DNA of 55,484 nt. Origin: a virus (taxonomy: Duplodnaviria; Caudoviricetes). The stretch is taken from positions 1 to 55,484 of IMG/VR virus record IMGVR_UViG_3300050331_000110; one strand, written 5' to 3'. This document shows positions 48,604 to 55,484 of this stretch, one piece after another (position 1 is the first letter of the stretch; every line of letters starts with the position of its first letter). The notes under the pieces were generated by a model, which was not told the DNA's origin, made no database searches, and saw nothing but the letters and a program-made list of their open reading frames with translations. Made by a program: the position numbers and the translations under genes.

Positions 48604-49530
48604 ATGAATGCACCAGCAGTAGCAGAAAAGAACCATGTAGCCGCATTTAGCGGTTTCATGGACAAGCTGAAGCCTCAACTTGCGAGAGCCTTGCCTTCGC
48701 ACATGAACGCCGACCGCATGGCGCGCCTGGCGCTTACGCAGTTCAGCACGACACCAGCTCTGCAGCAGTGCGATCCGAAAAGTATTGCCGGGGCGATTAT
48801 GACGGCTGCGCAGCTTGGGCTTGAGCCTGGTATTAACGGCCAAGGCTACCTGATCCCGTACAAGGAAACCTGCACCTTCGTTCCGGGATGGAAGGGGCTG
48901 GTCGATCTGGTTGCGCGCAGCGGAAGGGCAACCGTCTGGACTGGCGCGGTGCGTCCAGGCGACGAGTTCGAGTACCAGCTGGGCGATACGCCTTTCTGCA
49001 AGCACAAGCCTGGCGACGAGGACGACGACGCGCCATTCACCCATGTCTATGCCATCGGTCGGGTGCGCGATGCCGCCATGCCGGTGATCGAGGTATGGAG
49101 CCGCGCGAAGGTGCTGAAACACCTCAAGAAATACAACAAGGTCGGCAATCGCCACTATGCGAACACGGACGAAAACAACCTGGAAATGTACGCCCGGAAG
49201 TGCGCGCTGCTGCAGGTGCTGAAATACATGCCTTCAAGCATCGAACTGGCAAACGCCATCACCGCCAGCAACGCCGCCGAGGAAGGCCACGGAGTCACAA
49301 TCGAGAACGGCATCATTGTGGATATGGGTGGCAACGAAGAGCGCCATGTGCGTGCCGAGATCGCAGAATGCACGCCAGAGCAGTTCGCAGAGCTGGCGAA
49401 GGAATGGGAGCCGCTGGTGCGAGGCAAGAAGAAAACCGCCAAGCAGGCCATCACAGCAATGAACACCATCGCAAAGCTGACTGACGAGCAGCAGATGCAA
49501 GTCGATGCCTGGATGCAGGAGGGGCAATAA
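48604..49530 (+). CDS. recT: RecT-family single-strand annealing protein
   Basis: AAQLGLEPG..GQGYLIPY, GWKGLVDL..RSG. Confidence 0.9.
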   Translation: MNAPAVAEKNHVAAFSGFMDKLKPQLARALPSHMNADRMARLALTQFSTTPALQQCDPKSIAGAIMTAAQLGLEPGINGQGYLIPYKETCTFVPGWKGLVDLVARSGRATVWTGAVRPGDEFEYQLGDTPFCKHKPGDEDDDAPFTHVYAIGRVRDAAMPVIEVWSRAKVLKHLKKYNKVGNRHYANTDENNLEMYARKCALLQVLKYMPSSIELANAITASNAAEEGHGVTIENGIIVDMGGNEERHVRAEIAECTPEQFAELAKEWEPLVRGKKKTAKQAITAMNTIAKLTDEQQMQVDAWMQEGQ

Positions 49531-49531
49531 C

Positions 49532-51190
49532 ATGGAACAGCACGATCTGATTCAAGGAACGCCGGAATGGCACTCTCACCGCGCTACACACTTCAACGCC
49601 AGCGATGCACCGGCCATGCTCGGGATTAGCCCGTACAAGTCGCGCAGCCAATTGCTGCATGAAATGGCTACCGGAATCACGCAGGAAGTCGATGCGCAGA
49701 CTCAACGCCGATTCGATGACGGCCACCGCTTCGAGGCTCTTGCCCGACCGCTGGCCGAGAAGATTATCGGCAAGAAGCTCTACCCGGTTATCGGATCGGA
49801 AGGTAAGCTGTCTGCGTCTTTCGACGGCCTGACCGCCGACGATACTATCTGCTTTGAGCATAAGACGCTGAACGACTCCCTGCGCGCAATCGAGCATTCC
49901 GAGATCCCGGAACACTACCGCGTCCAGATGGAGCAGCAGCTTCTTGTTTCCGGTGCTGTGCGCTGCCTATTCATGGCCTCGCGATGGGATGGCGAAGAAC
50001 TGGTCGCGGAAGTTCATTGCGAGTACGAGCCGGACATGGAAATGCGCGCCCGCATTGTCGCCGGATGGGCGCAGTTCGAGAAAGACCTCGGAAACTACAA
50101 GCATGTTGAACATGCAGAGAAGCCCAAGGCCGAAGCCATCATGGACTTGCCTGCCCTCTCCGTACAGGCCACCGGCATGGTGACATATTCCAACCTGCCG
50201 GAATTCAAGGCCGCAGCAGAGCAATACATCGCCAACATCAATACCGAACTGGTGACGGACGAGGACTTTGCCAACGGCGAAGCCACGGTCAAGTTCTGCA
50301 AGTCCACCGAGGAACGGCTGGAAGTGACGAAGAAAGCCATCCTCGCGCAGACCGCCAGCATCGACGAAGTAATCCGCACGGTTGACCACATCCAGGCGCA
50401 GCTCCGCGACAAGCGGCTGATGCTGGACAAGCTGGTGAAATCGGAGAAGGAGGCGCGCAAGGCAGCCATGTGCGATAAAGCACGAGTCGCATTCAACGAC
50501 CACTTCAACGCGCTGCAATCGGAAATATCAGGGGTTCGCCTCGTTGTTCAACATCCGGACTTCGGCGGCGCGATCAAGGGGCTTAAATCGCTGGCCTCGA
50601 TGCAGGATGCGCTGGATACCGCGCTGGCAAACGGGAAGATCGAGACGGATTCCATTGCGCGCGACATACGCGCAAAGCTGGACTGGTGCAAAGAGAACGC
50701 AGCCGGTCACAGCGCCCTCTTCCACGACCTGCAGCAGATCATCAGCAAGCCTATGGAGGACTTCGCGCTGACCATCACCAGCCGGATCGAGAAGGCCAAG
50801 GCCGACGAAGCGGCACGGATGGAAGCCGAAAAACAGCGCATCGAGGCAGAAGCCAAAGCCAAGGCAGAGCGCGAAGCCGCAGCCAAGCTGGCCGCAGAAG
50901 AGGCACGCATCCGGGCAGAGGAACGCGCAAAGGCCGAGGAAGAGGCCAAGGCGCGCGCCACGGTTGAGGCAGAGAAATACGCAACAGATCCAGAATACCA
51001 GCCTAATACGCCTGACCGCGCAACGACTCTCAAGGCCGCGATTGCGGACGCCAAAGACGGCGTGAAGCCAACTACTGCTCGCCGCCCTACCCGCGTCCAA
51101 ATGATCGAGGTGATCGCGCTCAATTACTGCGTTTCGGAAGAGACGGCATTCAACTGGCTGCGCGCCGAGTTCGCGGAGGTGGCAGCATGA
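49532..51190 (+). CDS. YqaJ-family exonuclease with long coiled-coil tail
   Basis: QGTPEW, ASDAP, GHRFE, ASFDG, FEHK, QMEQQ. Confidence 0.88.
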   Translation: MEQHDLIQGTPEWHSHRATHFNASDAPAMLGISPYKSRSQLLHEMATGITQEVDAQTQRRFDDGHRFEALARPLAEKIIGKKLYPVIGSEGKLSASFDGLTADDTICFEHKTLNDSLRAIEHSEIPEHYRVQMEQQLLVSGAVRCLFMASRWDGEELVAEVHCEYEPDMEMRARIVAGWAQFEKDLGNYKHVEHAEKPKAEAIMDLPALSVQATGMVTYSNLPEFKAAAEQYIANINTELVTDEDFANGEATVKFCKSTEERLEVTKKAILAQTASIDEVIRTVDHIQAQLRDKRLMLDKLVKSEKEARKAAMCDKARVAFNDHFNALQSEISGVRLVVQHPDFGGAIKGLKSLASMQDALDTALANGKIETDSIARDIRAKLDWCKENAAGHSALFHDLQQIISKPMEDFALTITSRIEKAKADEAARMEAEKQRIEAEAKAKAEREAAAKLAAEEARIRAEERAKAEEEAKARATVEAEKYATDPEYQPNTPDRATTLKAAIADAKDGVKPTTARRPTRVQMIEVIALNYCVSEETAFNWLRAEFAEVAA

Positions 51191-51453
51191 CTATCATCAT
51201 CGGATCGGGGGCGAATTTCACAATCACAGAAATCGACGGAAAGCCTGCCGCGCAAGTAGAAGCGATCCTGATATGCAGCAGGGTTAAATATATCTCTGAC
51301 GCATCAGGACTGCAAAAGACATACGACAACTTCGATTTCCGCTTCACGGCCAGCCCGAAAGCATTAAAGCTGCTTGCAAAGCAACTGCACGAAATGGCTG
51401 ATGAAGCAGAAGAGCTTGAAGGACGCACGAAATTTTCTCCGGAGGAAGAATGA
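51187..51453 (+). CDS. Hypothetical protein
   Basis: ATGA-coupled ORF. Confidence 0.55.
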   Translation: MTIIIGSGANFTITEIDGKPAAQVEAILICSRVKYISDASGLQKTYDNFDFRFTASPKALKLLAKQLHEMADEAEELEGRTKFSPEEE

Positions 51454-52001
51454 CCGACATTATCAGGGTAGTTCGCCAGTTCACCGAGGCGGTAGGCTGC
51501 ACCACCGATCAATTCAACGTGCGGCAGACTGCGCTGTACACAGGGCTTCAAGCGGAAGAATTCTGCGAGAAGATACAGGCTTTACTGGATGGGCTTGATT
51601 TCAACGAAAGAACACATATTCAAACGATGCGGCTTATGCACTTGCGAGATGTGTTGCATGACGTTCAGCATGGAATGAAGGCCGGTGAATTTGACGAGGC
51701 TTTCAAGATGGCCGACCGCGCCGCCATGCTCGATGCGGACATCGATCTAGCCTGGGTGACTATCGGCAGCGCACTATCCCAAGGCGCGGACGTTGAAGGC
51801 GCTGCCGGTGAGGTGGCTCGGGCGAATCTGGACAAACTGGTGGAGTGCGAAGAACAGCACCTCGGAATAGATAGACCGCTTAAAGATTGTCCGAAGTGCA
51901 ACGGTAATTTGCGCTACCCAATCAAAGACGCCAACGGCAAGGTTCGCAAGCCGGAAGGCTGGACTCCGCCGAACATTGAGCCGTTTGTGTGCAAGGTATA
52001 G
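51450..52001 (+). CDS. MazG-like/PRA-PH NTP pyrophosphohydrolase
   Basis: AEEFCE, DADIDLAWV, EV.RAN.DK, GKVRKPEGW..P. Confidence 0.78.
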   Translation: MTDIIRVVRQFTEAVGCTTDQFNVRQTALYTGLQAEEFCEKIQALLDGLDFNERTHIQTMRLMHLRDVLHDVQHGMKAGEFDEAFKMADRAAMLDADIDLAWVTIGSALSQGADVEGAAGEVARANLDKLVECEEQHLGIDRPLKDCPKCNGNLRYPIKDANGKVRKPEGWTPPNIEPFVCKV

Positions 52002-52007
52002 ACCGAA

Positions 52008-52811
52008 ATGACTGACCATACCGCACTAGCAACAAAGATTCTTTCGCAGCTTGGATTTTGCACTGGCGAAAGCATGGAGCGCGGAGTTGACACGCGCCGA
52101 GACAAGATTGTTGAAATGCTCGAAGCAGCCACCGCACAAAGCCAGCAGCGGATTGCGGAGCTTGAGGCTAATGCTATGGACTTAGCCCGTATTCACGGTG
52201 AGGGCTTTGCTAATTCGGTGACTCCACTCTTGAAAGAGGTTTCAGAACTGAGGGCGCAACTTGCAGCATCAAACGAGAAGCTGGCAGCGCAGCAGGCAGC
52301 ATTTCATGTGAACATGCTGCGCGCATGGCCTGAGAAATCGCACGACGAAATAGCGGCAGCCATTGACAAGGTAATGCCTTGTGGAGAACTCACCGCCATC
52401 AAGGCAGCGGAGTATGAGCGGGGCTATGCAGAATCACAGGAACGCTACCAATACGACGATGAGGATATGCAAGCGTGCCACGAAAAAGCATATAAGTTAG
52501 GCAAGCAAGCCGGACGCGCAGAGGCTGAGAAGGCAGCGATGGAGCAGGAGTGCATCGGGCGCGTAGTGCATGGCAGCGTAATTTTGAATTGCGATACACC
52601 GCCAGAGGGCGCTATTTACACCAAGCCCTTCTCGCAGCAGAAGCCGCTGAGTGAAGTGCAGCTTGAGACATTGCTTTATGCAGTTGAGCGCAAGTTTCCG
52701 AATGAAACAAGATATGAAACCGCATTGCGCTACATACGCCAAGTAGAAAGTGGCGCGGCATGTAAAAGCGAAGCCTCCCACGGAATAACAGGAGATAAGA
52801 ATGCCAACTAA
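52008..52811 (+). CDS. Hypothetical mosaic coiled-coil protein
   Basis: 267-aa ORF in the early operon. Confidence 0.55.
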   Translation: MTDHTALATKILSQLGFCTGESMERGVDTRRDKIVEMLEAATAQSQQRIAELEANAMDLARIHGEGFANSVTPLLKEVSELRAQLAASNEKLAAQQAAFHVNMLRAWPEKSHDEIAAAIDKVMPCGELTAIKAAEYERGYAESQERYQYDDEDMQACHEKAYKLGKQAGRAEAEKAAMEQECIGRVVHGSVILNCDTPPEGAIYTKPFSQQKPLSEVQLETLLYAVERKFPNETRYETALRYIRQVESGAACKSEASHGITGDKNAN

Positions 52812-53448
52812 GTCAGGAGACATGACTTCCGCAGAGCGTGAAGTTAAATGCGCAGAAGAACTGTGTAAACTAGCGAATCAGCGATTCGCCCTGCAACAGC
52901 AACTCACCGAAGCCAAGGCCAAGAACGAGCGATATGCGGCAAACCTACGCGCAGCGATTGGCGCTTTGACAGAAGAGAACGAGCAGCTGCAAGCGCATAA
53001 TGCGATGCTGGAGGATGCTTTGCAAGCAATGGCTGATGATGGATGGCTGTATCATGGTGCTGAAGGCATGAGCGAACCACAGCAGAAAGTTTACGCAGCA
53101 ATCAATGCCACCGCCGAATCCACTCAGCAATGGCTCGATGGCGTGAAGGCGCAGGCAAGAGCGGCGGCGCTGGGTAAGTACGCTCCGCCTTGCGGGTGGA
53201 AGATGCTGCATAGGCTGTTCACGCAAAGCGCAGCAACCTTAGTCAAGTCAGTACAGGGTTATCCAGATCCTGAATACACGGCCACTCAAAAGCGCGAACA
53301 GTATGAAACCATGCTTGCATCAGCACAGCACGTTATCGACTACGGCGACTCGGCACTAAAGGCGATTCTTCGCACGTCCTTAGAGAATGGCGTCAGCGTT
53401 TTCGTTGACCAAAAAAAGCATGACTTGATGGGGGTGCGGCATGACTGA
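52801..53448 (+). CDS. Hypothetical protein
   Basis: 215-aa coupled ORF. Confidence 0.55.
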   Translation: MPTKSGDMTSAEREVKCAEELCKLANQRFALQQQLTEAKAKNERYAANLRAAIGALTEENEQLQAHNAMLEDALQAMADDGWLYHGAEGMSEPQQKVYAAINATAESTQQWLDGVKAQARAAALGKYAPPCGWKMLHRLFTQSAATLVKSVQGYPDPEYTATQKREQYETMLASAQHVIDYGDSALKAILRTSLENGVSVFVDQKKHDLMGVRHD

Positions 53449-53650
53449 CTCATTCCTCACCCAGCACCAAGTGGCCGAATACATCGCCAAAAAGCTGGCC
53501 GTGTCCGAGCGCCAGGTTTACGACAGGTGGGTTCACTTCCCGTCATTCCCCAAGCCGATCCTACTGCCGACCATCGGCAAGACCCCGCGCAAACGGTACA
53601 ACCAAGCGGAGATCATCGAGTGGACGGAGAATCAAAGGAGGGCGGCGTAA
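53441..53650 (+). CDS. Excisionase/AlpA-like protein
   Basis: FPKP motif, winged HTH size, near att. Confidence 0.75.
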   Translation: MTDSFLTQHQVAEYIAKKLAVSERQVYDRWVHFPSFPKPILLPTIGKTPRKRYNQAEIIEWTENQRRAA

Positions 53651-54006
53651 TGAGTTTGTTTCAATGCGAGGAATGCGGTTGTGTCGAGAATACTGCAACA
53701 GCAAGCCAAGGTTTTGTAGTCCTAGCGGATTGCTTCGACTGGAGCGGCATGGAAGAAAAGCGCGGAAAACTACTTTGTAGCGCGTGCGGCCCAACGCGCT
53801 ACGCCGACGGGAAGCAAACCAGGTACGGCAAATGGCACGAACGGTTCCCGCGAACCTTTCTACCAAAAGGAATGTTCAGGACGGCAAGAAACGGGAACCT
53901 TGAGCACAAAGAAACAGGTGAGCAGGACTACCACAAGTACGCATTGCATAAGGATGCAGTCATATCTCAGCAATCACACACTTCCGCCATAAAGCCTTTG
54001 TTTTAA
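53650..54006 (+). CDS. Cys-rich conserved phage protein
   Basis: MSLFQCEECGCVENTA...CSAC. Confidence 0.6.
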   Translation: MSLFQCEECGCVENTATASQGFVVLADCFDWSGMEEKRGKLLCSACGPTRYADGKQTRYGKWHERFPRTFLPKGMFRTARNGNLEHKETGEQDYHKYALHKDAVISQQSHTSAIKPLF

Positions 54007-54015
54007 GCCGCTATC

Positions 54016-54035
54016 GGTGCCTCTTCTGGGCACCA
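54016..54035 (+). other. attR core: duplicated tRNA-Leu 3' end
   Basis: CCTCTTCTGGGCACCA resembles a betaproteobacterial tRNA-Leu(CAG) 3' end as I recall it; GGTGCC-7bp-GGCACC inverted repeat. Confidence 0.8.
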
Positions 54036-54045
54036 ATCATAAATC

Positions 54046-54073
54046 GGCTCGCGCAAGCGGGCCTTTTTATTTT
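54046..54073 (+). terminator. Intrinsic terminator, probably the original tRNA terminator
   Basis: GGCTCGC-GCAA-GCGGGCC then TTTTTATTTT. Confidence 0.75.
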
Positions 54074-54173
54074 CATGCCCCAGCTCTCTTCCGGGCTGTA
54101 AATCCCGGCCGAAAACAAAAACGCAGTGTACATCTGACACTGCGTTTTCAGTGTTGTCCATGCCGCTATCGGC

Positions 54174-55484
<1,311 letters not shown>

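Larger units (their letters stand above)
1..54035. mobile_element. Temperate podovirus-like prophage integrated at a tRNA-Leu 3' end; left att lies outside the window
   Basis: Integrase at left, xis and tRNA-like att core at right, with structural, lysis, replication and immunity modules between; host purA follows. Confidence 0.93.

Overview
Nearly the whole window (1 to ~54035) is one apparently complete temperate podovirus-like prophage of a probable betaproteobacterium. It runs from a tyrosine integrase at the left to a duplicated tRNA-Leu 3' end (att core) at the right, followed by host purA. Modules: integrase; ejection, tail and head genes (N4-gp56-type capsid, portal, terminase split into two ORFs); lysis; nin-like region with Q; replication; a cI/cro switch; early RecT/YqaJ recombination, MazG-like and xis genes. 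The standout is a 5280-aa polyvalent DarB-like protein (1186-17028) with ParB-like, RelA/SpoT synthetase-like, N6-adenine methyltransferase, SNF2 helicase, Mesh1-like HD hydrolase, zincin peptidase, PRTase and LPD38-like domains. At least five small candidate genes with their own SD-like sites, three with sigma70-like promoters, are nested in it at domain boundaries. Four are in the +1 frame; one is antisense, directly beside the RelA/SpoT domain. I infer these may be built-in immunity or regulatory partners for toxic domains. All family calls come from motif recognition by eye, not database searches.
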